DNA from: Eledone cirrhosa
Lineage: Eukaryota
Reading direction: 5' to 3'
Assembly: GCA_964016885.1 (NCBI GenBank)
Contig: OZ024740.1
Span: 421,414,001-421,478,000, forward strand
DNA length: 64,000 nt
Shown here: positions 30,960-44,800 of the stretch, in pieces
Position numbering within the stretch: position 1 is the stretch's first letter
Layout: every line of letters begins with the position of its first letter
Notes under the pieces: generated by a model
The model's input: only the letters and a program-made list of their open reading frames with translations
Database searches by the model: none
Told to the model about the DNA's origin: nothing
Made by a program: the position numbers and the translations under genes

Positions 30960-31365
30960 TGCAAGGGCATCACAGCTGCAAATGTGAAAAGGGGTCAAAT
31001 TGCAGCAGAAAGAGGAACCAAAAACATTACATCACAGACATACCAACAACCCAGGATTCTGCATATATCTGCACCAAGTGCAACAGGGACTCTCACTTAT
31101 GCATCAGTCTGCACAGTCACATCAGATGATGCCAAAGACTGGTCATAACTGCAGGCACATTAAACACAGCAGATGATGCTAAAGACTGGTCATAACTGCA
31201 GACACATTAAACACAGCAGTCTGCACAGTCACAGCAGATGATGTCAAAGACTGGTCATAACTGCAGGCACAGTAAACACAGCAGTCTGCACAGTCACAGC
31301 AGATGATGTCAAAGACTGGTCATAACTGCAGGCACAGTAAACACAGTCTCCTAAGACTGAGCTGC
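30960..31365 (+). mobile_element. LINE ORF2 C-terminal zinc-finger remnant with an internal ~65-bp tandem repeat (about 4 copies, 31105-31348)
   Basis: YICTKCNRDSHLCISLHSHIR resembles the C..C.R.C.SRIGL.SH.R tail of RTE elements. Repeated CAGATGATGYCAAAGACTGGTCATAACTGCAGGCAC. Confidence 0.6.
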
Positions 31366-31973
31366 CAATGATATGATATATGTATACTCACATTTACACA
31401 AACACAAAAAATACACACAGCAATGCATACAAGACAAAGAAAGACACATTTTATTAATATACTAGCCGAATTACCCGCGCCTTGCTGCGTTTTACACATT
31501 TTTTTTGTAAGAAAATGATGATTGATATTAAATCAGTGATATAAGTTATGGAGACAAACTCTGCATTTCAATATTACTCAATGTAAAATGTAATGCAAGG
31601 AAAATTGGAAGACATTATTTTTTGTAATATATCAAATCAAAATTACATTATTAAATCTTATTCTTATTTTGTTTCTTGTAAATAGTTTTTTTCAAAATAT
31701 CAATTCAAAACTTTTGTGAATAGGCATCATATCTTGTCATTTACCTATGGTTTAAATTTCATATAAATCGAAGGGAAACATTTTTCAGCAGGGGTTTGTG
31801 ACCCCCGGGGAAACTTTTGATTAAAATGAACTATACTTATTCAAGTACCCTAGGCAATGTAGTTTCAGAATATATATGGTTATGGGGGTCTATCTGCAAA
31901 ACCATAGGAGGTGTTTGTGAACAAACAAACAGATAGGAACTACAACTTTATATATAGAGATAAAACAACTTAC

Positions 31974-32096
31974 ACTGGTGCAGTATATTAAAAAATCTTC
32001 AGTCATTGCATGATGTACAATTTGACATTTGTTGCCTTCAAAAAGACGTGACTGTTTCTGTTTAAACTCATCGTTTTCACTGTTATTTGCATCCAA
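31974..32096 (-). CDS. WDR19: WDR19 exon E (123 bp): LDANNSENDEFKQKQSRLFEGNKCQIVHHAMTEDFLIYCTS
   Basis: Acceptor ttttctag|TTG, donor AGT|gtaagt. Resembles human RLFP...KCRILCHALTSDFLIYGTD. Confidence 0.9.
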
Positions 32097-32117
32097 CTAG
32101 AAAAACATGAAATAATA

Positions 32118-32596
32118 TCTAAATATTTCCACATCAGATGTTATATAATAAAATATTATATAAATATTTCCACATCAAATGTTATATAATGAAATGTTAC
32201 TTAATTATTTCTACATCAGATGTTATATCATGAAATATTATTTAATTATTTCCACATCAGATGTTATATAATGAAATGTTATCTAAATATTTCCACATCA
32301 GATGTTATATAATAAAATGTTAAATATTTCCACATTAGATGTTATATGATAAAATGTTATATATTTCCACATCAGATGTTATATAATGAAATGTTATATA
32401 TAATATTTCCACACCAGATGTTATATAATGAAATGCTATTTATAATATTTTCACACCAGATGTTATATAATGAAATGTTATATATAATATTTCCACACCA
32501 GATGTTATATAATGAAATGTTATATATATTTCCACACCAGATGTTGTATATTGAAATGTTATATATAATATTTCCACACCAGATGTTATATAATGT
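32118..32596. repeat. About 39-42-bp AT-rich minisatellite (ATATTTCCACAYCAGATGTTATATAATGAAATGTTATATATA), about 12 copies
   Basis: Direct reading; ends about 20 nt before the exon E acceptor. Confidence 0.93.
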
Positions 32597-32714
32597 TGTG
32601 AACACAGATTACAGCAATTTCGATGTTTTTGTTTTTATTTTTTCAACTATTTCACATAAACATATATACACAGATATATACAATAATGGTTTCTAACAAT
32701 GGTACAAGGTAACC

Positions 32715-32915
32715 TTTCAGCTGTGTTGAAGACATGATAACAGCTCTTGTGTTGATGATCTACATGTAAAATACACCCAGTACACTCTGTAAAGTGGCTG
32801 ATGATAGGAAGGACATCGAGCCATAGAAAACCTGCCAAACAAAGGCTTGAGAAGATTGTTCAGTTGTGTTAAAGACATGGCAATCGCCCTAGTGCTGGTG
32901 CCACAATAAAATGCC
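32715..32915 (+). mobile_element. Dispersed repeat, related copies at 34700-34970 (+) and 55105-55190 (-); probable source family of the 48-bp satellite
   Basis: Shared CACCCAGTACACTCTGTAAAGTGG..G.TGATAGGAAGG.CATC.AG...TAGAAA and TGGTGCCACAATAAAATGC motifs. Confidence 0.65.
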
Positions 32916-33147
32916 AATGAAATAATCTTCTATATCTGATGAGGACAAAACATGTTTGAAACTTAGGTAGATCTATCTAATCCCTCCACAAAGAGAAAAG
33001 GAAAATAATAAATGTGTTTGCAATAGTCAGAATATAGCAACAGCTCTAGACTGCTTTGAAGAATGGTTCACCTTGCACCACACTGCAACAGATACAGCAG
33101 AGAATGACATCTGTTTAGTACATATTTAATGTGTCTGCTACCAAACA

Positions 33148-33276
33148 TGGGTGTGTGTGAGTGCATGTGTGTTTATGTGAATGTGTGCATGTGGGTGTGA
33201 GTATGCATGTGCATGTGAGCATGCAAGTGTGTGGGAGCATGCATGTGTGTGTGTATGTGTATATATGTATATGTGT
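33148..33276. repeat. Degenerate (GT/GCAT)n microsatellite
   Basis: Direct reading; about 20 nt into the intron after the exon D donor. Confidence 0.85.
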
Positions 33277-33294
33277 AAAGTAATATATACTTAC

Positions 33295-33401
33295 AATATG
33301 TAGTTGAACTTTCTCTCCTATTTGTGCTGCAACATATTTAGAATTCAACTTCATTGACTGGACACTCCCGACATAGTCTACTTCTCGTAACTTCTTGGCA
33401 C
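33295..33401 (-). CDS. WDR19: WDR19 exon D (107 bp): (G)AKKLREVDYVGSVQSMKLNSKYVAAQIGEKVQLHI
   Basis: Acceptor attcag|GT, donor ATT|gtaagt. KVQLH motif. Phase 1 to phase 0. Confidence 0.92.
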
Positions 33402-33699
33402 CTGAATTACAGTTAATAGTAGACACAAATTAACACTATTGCTAACAACATAAAGGCTGTCTCACTGGTCTTCTGTAGAAATTGCTTATCACCAAGTCAA
33501 CCCTAATTTATTCTTAACATCCTGTACCACATGCAACCACATTAGAAGCAGCACTATGACTACATATGTTAAGGAGGAGATAGTCATGACATAGATGGCA
33601 ACTGGAAGTTACTCTGAGGCACCTGTGTATGTATGTATGTAATTACAGTTAATAGAAGACACAAATTAACAGCATTGCTAACATAGGTGATATAATTAG

Positions 33700-34703
33700 C
33701 AGTGGAGGTGGGTAGCTAGAATAAGGATATGGTGGAAGAAGTTTAGGGAACTACTACCACTGCTAGCAACAAAAGTTTTCTCCTTGCGAATGAAATGTCA
33801 GCTGTATGTTTGTGTGCGAAGTGTCATGCTGCATGGTAGTGAGACATGGGCAGTGAATGCAGAGGACATGTGGTGCTACATGGTAGTGAGACATGGGCAG
33901 TGAATGCAGAGGATATGTGGTGCTACATGGTAGTGAGACATGGGAAGTGAATGCAGAGAACATGTGGTGCTACATGGTAGTGAGGCATTGGCAGTGAATG
34001 CAGAGGACATGTGGTGCTACATGGTAGTGAGACATGAGCAGTGAATGCAGATGACATGGGGTGCTACATGGTAGTGAGACATGGCAGTGAATGCAGAGGA
34101 CATGTGGTGCTACATGGTAGTGAGACATGGCAGTGAATGCAGAGGACATGTGGTGCTACATGGTAGTGATACATGGGCAGTGAATGCAGAGAACATGTGC
34201 TGCTACATGGGCAGTGAACGCAGAGGACATGTGGTGCTACATGGCAGTGAGACATGGGCAGTGAATGCAGAGGACATGTGGTGCTACATGGTAGTGAAAC
34301 ATGGGCAGTGAATGCAGAGAACATGTGGAGGCTGGAGAGAAATAAAGCAAGCATGATTTGATGGATGTGCAATATTAATATACGAGAATGACAAAGTATG
34401 GATGAACTGATTAAGAAACTGGGTATAAGAGGAATCAGATGTAGTGTGCAGGAGAGGTGACTGTGTTGGTAATGACATGTGATGTGCATGGATGGTGATT
34501 GCTGGGTGAAGAAGTGCCAAATAATCCCAGTGGAGGAAGACCAAGGAAGACTTGGATGGAAGGAGTAAGAACTGATCTCAGATCACTGAAGCTCATGGAG
34601 AAGATGACAAAAGAATGTGACAAGTAGAGAGATGTTGTACTGAGAAGGACCTGTCCAGCCCATGCAAACGTAGAACAATGGAAGTAAAATGATGATGATG
34701 ATG
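33700..34703 (+). mobile_element. Decayed RTE-clade LINE 3' fragment with (GAT)n tail
   Basis: Translates as FSLRMKCQLY..VRSVMLHGSETWAVNAENMWRLERNKASMI*WMCN...GGRPRKTW, typical of the post-RT region of RTE ORF2. Contains stops and frameshifts. Confidence 0.8.
33826..34328 (+). repeat. 47-bp tandem repeat (about 11 copies) inside an RTE-type LINE fragment
   Basis: Unit GCTACATGGTAGTGAGACATGGGCAGTGAATGCAGAGGACATGTGGT, encoding LHGSETWAVNAEDMW. Confidence 0.93.
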
Positions 34704-35344
34704 TGGGATGGTTGGTAATAGGAAGAACATCCAACTATAGAAAACATACCAAACAAAATGGACTCTTCAGCTGTGCTGTAGACATGACAACCTCCTAAGT
34801 ATTGAAGATCTACACAATAAATGATGACTCACACTGTTGGGTGGTTGGTGATAGGAAGGGCATCTGGCCTTGGAGGACCAGTTAAACAAAGGTTTAGGAA
34901 AACTCTTCAGCTGTGCTGTAGACATGACAACTTCACTAGTGTTGGTGCCACAATAAAATGCACTTGGTAGAGCATGGGATAATATGTTGGGCTCTCAGCC
35001 CACCTGGAGGGCAGAGGCTCCACTCAAGTACTGACTGATCAGTGACAACATATTCAACCCTTACTTACAAAGTAAACAGACACCGACATCGACGATGGGG
35101 AACAACATGATTTACCTAGTTCGCTGGACATCTCACTGTTTGATCTTCTCAAGAATGTGGCATATCTTTGGTCTATAAGTGACCAGTTCAACTCTATGGG
35201 CAGAAAGTATCCTTATGTGTCCACAACACATGGAGCAAAAAACTCCAACCCTCTTCCCCAACATTCATTGACCAAGAGGGCAAGAAAACCTCCAACACTG
35301 TTGCCGCTTCCTGCCTCCCATTCCATGACCTCACACTGCCTTGT

Positions 35345-35588
35345 TATTTACAGCAAAGCCCTCTAACCCATGATATCACTGCCACTCTTACTTCCAGCAA
35401 GGCCCTCGAACCCATATCACTGCCACCCCTACTTCCGGCAAAGCCCTCTGACACCATGATCTCAGTGCCCTTATACTTCCAACAAGGCCTTCTGACTTAT
35501 GATGTCACTGACACCCCCCCCCCCCCTACTTCCAGCAAGGCCCTCTGACCAATGATGTCTTTGACCCTTATACTTCTGGCAAGGCTCC
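35345..35588. repeat. Degenerate ~44-bp tandem repeat (5-6 copies) with a poly-C run
   Basis: Recurrent TACTTCCAGCAAGGCCCTCTGAC..ATGAT.TCACTG at roughly 41-53-bp spacing. Confidence 0.8.
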
Positions 35589-35662
35589 AGCCCCACATTA
35601 ACAACAACAACAGATCTACCAGAATAAACATTATACTCACTTCAATATTTTTAATAACTTAC

Positions 35663-35777
35663 CTTTTTCATCGAGATAGTAAAACCAAGCTATGTTGTTC
35701 ATACCAACAGCAAGATGTGTTGGGCCTAAAGCAATAAATGACGGTTCTATAGCAATTGAAATGACCAGAGGGGATTC
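35663..35777 (-). CDS. WDR19: WDR19 exon C (115 bp): ESPLVISIAIEPSFIALGPTHLAVGMNNIAWFYYLDEK(G)
   Basis: Acceptor atttcag|GAA, donor G|gtaagt. HLAVGMNN.AWFY motif. Phase 0 to phase 1. Confidence 0.93.
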
Positions 35778-35890
35778 CTGAAATAGTTGAAGATAAACAA
35801 TAAGATAGTTATATATATATATATGGATAATTGGAAATGAAATAAGGGTGGAGGATTGGTAGTATCAGTAGAGCAATGGACAAACGTATA

Positions 35891-38800
35891 GACTGGGTGC
35901 TTTTTGTTGTGATACCAACATGACCACTTTACAGTGTGTACTGGGTGCTTTTTGTTGTGACACCAACATGACCACTTTACAGTGTGTACTGGGTGCTTTT
36001 TGTTGTGACACCAACATGACCACTTTACAGTGTGTACAGGGTGCTTTTTGTTGTGACACCAACATGACCACTTTACAGTGTGTACTGGGTGCTTTTTGTT
36101 GTGAAACCAACATGACCACTTTACAGTGTGTACTGGGTGCTTTTTGTTGTGACACCAACATGACTACTTTACAGTGTGTACTGGGTGCTTTTTGTTGTGA
36201 CACCAACATGACTAGTTTACAGTGTGTACTGGGTGCTTTTTGTTGTGACACCAACATGACCACTTTACAGTGTGTACTGGGTGCTTTTTGTTGTGAAACC
36301 AATATGACCACTTTACAGTGTGTACTGGGTGCTTTTTGTTGTGACACCAACATGACCACTTTACAGTGTGTACTGGGTACTTTTTGTTGTGACACCAACA
36401 TGAGCACTTTACAGTGTGTACTGGGTGCTTTTTGTTGTGACACCAACATGACCACTTTACAGTGTGTACTGGGTACTTTTTGTTGTGACACCAACATGAG
36501 CACTTTACAGTGTGTACTGGGTGCTTTTTGTTGTGACACCAACATGACCACTTTACAGTGTGTGCTGGGTGCTTTTTGTTGTGAAACCAACATGACCACT
36601 TTACAGTGTGTACTGGGTGCTTTTTGTTGTGACACCAACATGACCGCTTTACAGTGTGTACTGGGGGCTTTTTGTTGACACCAACATGACCACTTTACAG
36701 TGTGTACTGGGTGCTTTTTGTTGTGACACCAACATGAACATTTTACAGTGTGTACTGGGTGCTTTTTGTTGTGACACCAACATGACCACTTTACAGTGTG
36801 TACTGGGTGCTTTTTGTTGTGAAACCAACATAACCACTTTACAGTGTGTACTGGGTGCTTTTTGTTGTTAAACCAACATGACCACTTTACAGTGTGTACT
36901 GGGTGCTTTTTGTTGTGACACCAACATGACCATTTTACAGTGCGTACTGGGTGCTTTTTGTTGTGACACCAACATGACCACTTTACAGTGTGTACTGGGT
37001 GCTTTTTGTTGTGAAACAAACATGACCACTTTACAGTGTGTACTGGGTGCTTTTTGTTGACACCAACATGACCATTTTACAGTGTGTACTGGGTGCTTTT
37101 TGTTGTGACACCAACATGAACATTTTACAGTGTGTACTGGCTGCTTTTTGTTGTGACACCAACATGACCCCTTTACAGTGTGTACTGGGTGCTTTTTGTT
37201 GTGAAACCAACATAACCACTTTACAGTGTGTACTGGGTGCTTTTTGTTGTGAAACCAACATGACCACTTTACAGTGTGTACTGGGTGCTTTTTGTTGTGA
37301 CACCAACATGACCATTTTACAGTGCGTACTGGGTGCTTTTTGTTGTGACACCAACATGACCACTTTACAGTGTGTACTGGGTGCTTTTTGTTGTGAAACA
37401 AACATGACCACTTTACAGTGTGTACTGGGTGCTTTTTGTTGACACCAACATGACCACTTTACAGTGTGTACTGGGTGCTTTTTGTTGTGACACCAACATG
37501 AACATTTTACAGTGTGTACTGGCTGCTTTTTGTTGTGACACCAACATGACCCCTTTACAGTGTGTACTGGGTGCTTTTTGTTGTGACACCAACATGACTA
37601 CTTTACAGTGTGTACTGGGTGCTTTTTGTTGTGAAACCAACATGACAACTTTACAGTGTGTACTGGGTGCTTTTTGTTGTGAAACCAACATGACCACTTT
37701 ACAGTGTGTACTGGGTGCTTTTTGTTGTGACACCAACATGACCACTTTACAGTGTGTACTGGGTGCTTTTTGTTGTGAAACCAACATGACCACTTTACAG
37801 TGTGTACTGGGTGCTTTTTGTTGTGAAACCAACATGACCACTTTACAGTGTGTACTGGGTGCTTTTTGTTGTGACACCAACATGACTACTTTACAGTGTG
37901 TACTGGGTGCTTTTTGTTGTGACACCAACATGACTAGTTTACAGTGTGTACTGGGTGCTTTTTGTTGTGACACCAACATGACCACATTACAGTGTGTGCT
38001 GGGTGCTTTTTGTTGTGAAACCAACATGACCACTTTACAGTGTGTACCGGGTGCTTTTTGTTGTGACACCAACATGACCACTTTACAGTGTGTACAGGGT
38101 GCTTTTTGTTGTGACACCAACATGACCACTTTACAGTGTGTACTGGGTGCTTTTTGTTGTGAAACCAACATGACCACTTTACAGTGTGTACTGGGTGCTT
38201 TTTGTTGTGACACCAACATGACTACTTTACAATGTGTACTGGGTGCTTTTTGTTGTGACACCAACATGACTAGTTTACAGTGTGTACTGGGTGCTTTTTG
38301 TTGTGACACCAACATGACCACTTTACAGTGTGTACTGGGTGCTTTTTGTTGTGAAACCAATATGACCACTTTACAGTGTGTACTGGGTGCTTTTTGTTGT
38401 GACACCAACATGACCACTTTACAGTGTGTACTGGGTACTTTTTGTTGTGACACCAACATGAGCACTTTACAGTGTGTACTGGGTGCTTTTTGTTGTGACA
38501 CCAACATGACTACTTTACAGTGTGTACTGGGTGCTTTTTGTTGTGAAACCAACATGACCACTTTACAGTGTGTACTGGGTGCTTTTTGTTGTGAAACCAA
38601 CATGACCACTTTACAGTGTGTACTGGGTGCTTTTTGTTGTGACACCAACATGACCACTTTACAGTGTGTACTGGGTACTTTTTGTTGTGACACCAACATG
38701 AGCACTTTACAGTGTGTACTGGGTGCTTTTTGTTGTGACACCAACATGACCACTTTACAGTGTGTGCTGGGTGCTTTTTGTTGTGAAACCAACATGACCA

Positions 38801-41800
38801 CTTTACAGTGTGTACTGGGTGCTTTTTGTTGTGACACCAACATGACCGCTTTACAGTGTGTACCTGGGGCTTTTTGTTGACACCAACATGACCACTTTAC
38901 AGTGTGTACTGGCTGCTTTTTGTTGTGACACCAACATGAACATTTTACAGTGTGTACTGGGTGCTTTTTGTTGTGACACCAACATGACCACTTTACAGTG
39001 TGTACTGGGTGCTTTTTATTGTGAAACCAACATAACCACTTTACAGTGTGTACTGGGTGCTTTTTGTTGTGAAACCAACATGACCACTTTACAGTGTGTA
39101 CTGGGTGCTTTTTGTTGTGACACCAACATGACCATTTTACAGTGCGTACTGGGTGCTTTTTGTTGTGACACCAACATGACCACTTTACAGTGTGTACTGG
39201 GTGCTTTTTGTTGTGAAACAAACATGACCACTTTACAGTGTGTACTGGGTGCTTTTTGTTGACACCAACATGACCACTTTACAGTGTGTACTGGGTGCTT
39301 TTTGTTGTGACACCAACATGAACATTTTACAGTGTGTACTGGGTGCTTTTGTTGTGATACCAACATGACTAGTTTACAGTGTGTACTGGGTGCTTTTTGT
39401 TGTGACACCAACATGACTACTTTACAGTGTGTACTGGGTGCTTTTTGTTGTGAAACCAACATGAAAACTTTACAGTGTGTACCGGGTGCTTTTTGTTGTG
39501 AAACCAACATGACCACTTTACAGTGTGTACTGGGTGCTTTTTGTTGTGACACCAACATGACCACTTTACAGTGTGTACTGGGTGCTTTTTGTTGTGACAC
39601 CAACATGACCACTTTACAGTGTGTACTGGGTGCTTTTTGTTGTGAAACCAACATGACCACTTTACAGTGTGTACTGGGTGCTTTTTGTTGTGACACCAAC
39701 ATGACTACTTTACAGTGTGTACTGGGTGCTTTTGTTGTGATACCAACATGACTAGTTTACAGTGTGTACTGGGTGCTTTTTGTTGTGACACCAACATGAC
39801 CACTTTACAGTGTGTACTGGGTGTTTTTTGTTGTGACACCAACATGACTACTTTACAGTGTGTACTGGGTGCTTTTTGTTGTGACACCAACATGACTAGT
39901 TTACAGTGTGTACTGGGTGCTTTTTGTTGTGACACCAGCATGACCACTTTACAGTGTGTACTGGGTGCTTTTTGTTGTGAAACCAATATGACCACTTTAC
40001 AGTGTGTACTGGGTGCTTTTTGTTGTGACATCAACATGACCACTTTACAGTGTGTACTGGGTACTTTTTGTTGTGACACCAACATGAGCACTTTACAGTG
40101 TGTACTGGCTGCTTTTTGTTGTGACACCAACATGACCACTTTACAGCGTGTACTGGGTGCTTTTTGTTGTGAAACCAACATGACCACTTTACAGTGTGTA
40201 CTGGGTGCTTTTTGTTGTGAAACCAACATGACCACTTTACAGTGTGTACTGGGTGCTTTTTGTTGTGAAACCAACATGACCACTTTACAGTGTGTACTGG
40301 GTGCTTTTTGTTGTGAAACCAACATGACCACTTTATAGTGTGTACTGGGTGCTTTTTGTTGTGACACCAACATGACAACTTTACAGTGTGTACTGGGTGC
40401 TTGTTGTTGTGACACCAACATGACCACTTTACAGTGTGTACTGGGTGCTTTTTGTTGTGACACCAACATGACCACTTTACAGTGCGTACTGGGTGCTTTT
40501 TGTTGTGACACCAACATGACTAGTTTACAGTGTGTACTGGGTGCTTTTTGTTGTGACACCAACATGACCACTTTACAGTGTGTACTGGGTACTTTTTGTT
40601 GTGACACCAACATGAGCACTTTACAGTGTGTACTGGGTGCTTTTTGTTGTGACACCAACATGACCACTTTACAGTGTGTACTGGGCGCTTTTTGTTGTGA
40701 CACCAACATGACCACTTTACAGTGTGTACTGGGTGCTTTTTGTTGTGAAACCAACATGACCACTTTACAGTGTGTACTGGGTGCTTTTTGTTGTGAAACC
40801 AACATGACCACTTTACAGTGTGTACTGGGTGCTTTTTGTTGTGAAACCAACATGACCACTTTACAGTGTGTACTGGGTGCTTTTTGTTGTGACACCAACA
40901 TGACCACTTTACAGTGTGTACTGGGTGCTTGTTGTTGTGACACCAACATGACCACTTTACAGTGTGTACTGGGTGCTTTTTGTTGTGACACCAACATGAC
41001 CACTTTACAGTGCGTACTGGGTGCTTTTTGTTGTGACACCAACATGACCACTTTACAGTGTGTACTGGGTGCTTTTTGTTGTGACACCAACATGACTACT
41101 TTACAGTGTGTACTGGGTGCTTTTTGTTGTGAAACCAACATGACCACTTTACAGTGTGTACTGGGTGCTTTTTGTTGCGACACCAACATGACCACTTTAC
41201 AGTGTGTACTGGGTACTTTTTGTTGTGACACCAACATGAGCACTTTACAGTGTGTACTGGGTGCTTTTTGTTGTGACACCAACATGACCACTTTACAGTG
41301 TGTGCTGGGTGCTTTTTGTTGTGAAACCAACATGACCACTTTACAGTGTGTACTGGGTGCTTTTTGTTGTGACACCAACATGACCATTTTACAGTGCGTA
41401 CTGGGTGCTTTTTGCTGTGACACCAACATGACCACTTTACAGTGTGTACTGGGTGCTTTTTGTTGTGAAACAAACATGACCACTTTACAGTGTGTACTGG
41501 GTGCTTTTTGTTGACACCAACATGACCACTTTACAGTGTGTACTGGGTGCTTTTTGTTGTGACACCAACATGAACATTTTACAGTGTGTACTGGCTGCTT
41601 TTTGTTGTGACACCAACATGACCCCTTTACAGTGTGTACTGGGTGCTTTTTGTTGTGAAACCAACATAACCACTTTACAGTGTGTACTGGGTGCTTTTTG
41701 TTGTGAAACCAACATGACCACTTTACAGTGTGTACTGGGTGCTTTTTGTTGTGACACCAACATGACCATTTTACAGTGCGTACTGGGTGCTTTTTGTTGT

Positions 41801-44800
41801 GACACCAACATGACCACTTTACAGTGTGTACTGGGTGCTTTTTATTGTGAAACCAACATAACCACTTTACAGTGTGTACTAGGTGCTTTTTGTTGTGAAA
41901 CCAACATGACCACTTTACAGTGTGTACTGGGTGCTTTTTGTTGTGACACCAACATGACCATTTTACAGTGCGTACTGGGTGCTTTTTGTTGTGACACCAA
42001 CATGACCACTTTACAGTGTGTACTGGGTGCTTTTTGTTGTGAAACAAACATGACCACTTTACAGTGTGTACTGGGTGCTTTTTGTTGACACCAACATGAC
42101 CACTTTACAGTGTGTACTGGGTGCTTTTTGTTGTGACACCAACATGAACATTTTACAGTGTGTACTGGGTGCTTTTTGTTGTGACACCAACATGACCCCT
42201 TTACAGTGTGTACTGGGTGCTTTTTGTTGTGACACCAACATGACTACTTTACAGTGTGTACTGGGTGCTTTTTGTTGTGAAACCAACATGAAAACTTTAC
42301 AGTGTGTACTGGGTGCTTTTTGTTGTGAAACCAACATGACCACTTTACAGTGTGTACTGGGTGCTTTTTGTTGTGACACCAACATGACCACTTTACAGTG
42401 TGTACTGGGTGCTTTTTGTTGTGACACCAACATGACCACTTTACAGTGTGTACTGGGTGCTTTTTGTTGTGAAACCAACATGACCACTTTACAGTGTGTA
42501 CTGGGTGCTTTTTGTTGTGACACCAACATGACTACTTTACAGTGTGTACTGGGTGCTTTTGTTGTGATACCAACATGACTAGTTTACAGTGTGTACTGGG
42601 TGCTTTTTGTTGTGACACCAACATGACCACTTTACAGTGTGTGCTTGGTGCTTTTTGTTGTGAAACCAACATGACCACTTTACAGTGTGTACTGGGTGCT
42701 TTTTGTTGTGACACCAACATGACCACTTTACAGTGTGTACAGGGTGCTTTTTGTTGTGACACCAACATGACCACTTTACAGTGTGTACTGGGTGCTTTTT
42801 GTTGTGAAACCAACATGACCACTTTACAGTGTGTACTGGGTGTTTTTTGTTGTGACACCAACATGACTACTTTACAGTGTGTACTGGGTGCTTTTTGTTG
42901 TGACACCAACATGACTAGTTTACAGTGTGTACTGGGTGCTTTTTGTTGTGACACCAACATGACTACTTTACAGTGTGTACTGGGTGCTTTTTGTTGTGAA
43001 ACCAATATGACCACTTTACAGTGTGTACTGGGTGCTTTTGGTTGTGACATCAACATGACCACTTTACAGTGTGTACTGGGTACTTTTTGTTGTGACACCA
43101 ACATGAGCACTTTACAGTGTGTACTGGCTGCTTTTTGTTGTGACACCAACATGACCACTTTACAGCGTGTACTGGGTGCTTTTTGTTGTGAAACCAACAT
43201 GACCACTTTACAGTGTGTACTGGGTGCTTTTTGTTGTGAAACCAACATGACCACTTTACAGTGTGTACTGGGTGCTTTTTGTTGTGAAACCAACATGACC
43301 ACTTTATAGTGTGTACTGGGTGCTTTTTGTTGTGACACCAACATGACAACTTTACAGTGTGTACTGGGTGCTTGTTGTTGTGACACCAACATGACCACTT
43401 TACAGTGTGTACTGGGTGCTTTTTGTTGTGACACCAACATGACCACTTTACAGTGCGTACTGGGTGCTTTTTGTTGTGACACCAACATGACTAGTTTACA
43501 GTGTGTACTGGGTGCTTTTTGTTGTGACACCAACATGAGCACTTTACAGTGTGTACTGGGTGCTTTTTGTTGTGACACCAACATGACCACTTTACAGTGT
43601 GTACTGGGCGCTTTTTGTTGTGACACCAACATGACCACTTTACAGTGTGTACTGGGTGCTTTTTGTTGTGAAACCAACATGACCACTTTACAGTGTGTAC
43701 TGGGTGCTTTTTGTTGTGAAACCAACATGACCACTTTACAGTGTGTACTGGGTGCTTTTTGTTGTGACACCAACATGACCACTTTACAGTGTGTACTGGG
43801 TGCTTTTTGTTGTGACACCAACATGACTACTTTACAGTGTGTACTGGGTGCTTTTTGTTGTGAAACCAACATGACCACTTTACAGTGTGTACTGGGTGCT
43901 TTTTGTTGCGACACCAACATGACCACTTTACAGTGTGTACTGGGTACTTTTTGTTGTGACACCAACATGAGCACTTTACAGTGTGTACTGGGTGCTTTTT
44001 GTTGTGACACCAACATGACCACTTTACAGTGTGTGCTGGGTGCTTTTTGTTGTGAAACCAACATGACCACTTTACAGTGTGTACTGGGTGCTTTTTGTTG
44101 TGACACCAACATGACCGCTTTACAGTGTGTACTGGGAGGCTTTTTGTTGACACCAACATGACCACTTTACAGTGTGTACTGGGTGCTTTTTGTTGTGACA
44201 CCAACATGAACATTTTACAGTGTGTACTGGGTGCTTTTTGTTGTGACACCAACATGACCACTTTACAGTGTGTACTGGGTGCTTTTTGTTGTGAAACCAA
44301 CATAACCACTTTACAGTGTGTACTGGGTGCTTTTTGTTGTGAAACCAACATGACCACTTTACAGTGTGTACTGGGTGCTTTTTGTTGTGACACCAACATG
44401 ACCATTTTACAGTGCGTACTGGGTGCTTTTTGTTGTGACACCAACATGACCACTTTACAGTGTGTACTGGGTGCTTTTTGTTGTGAAACAAACATGACCA
44501 CTTTACAGTGTGTACTGGGTGCTTTTTGTTGACACCAACATGACCACTTTACAGTGTGTACTGGGTGCTTTTTGTTGTGACACCAACATGAACATTTTAC
44601 AGTGTGTACTGGCTGCTTTTTGTTGTGACACCAACATGACCCCTTTACAGTGTGTACTGGGTGCTTTTTGTTGTGAAACCAACATAACCACTTTACAGTG
44701 TGTACTGGGTGCTTTTTGTTGTGAAACCAACATGACCACTTTACAGTGTGTACTGGGTGCTTTTTGTTGTGACACCAACATGACCATTTTACAGTGCGTA

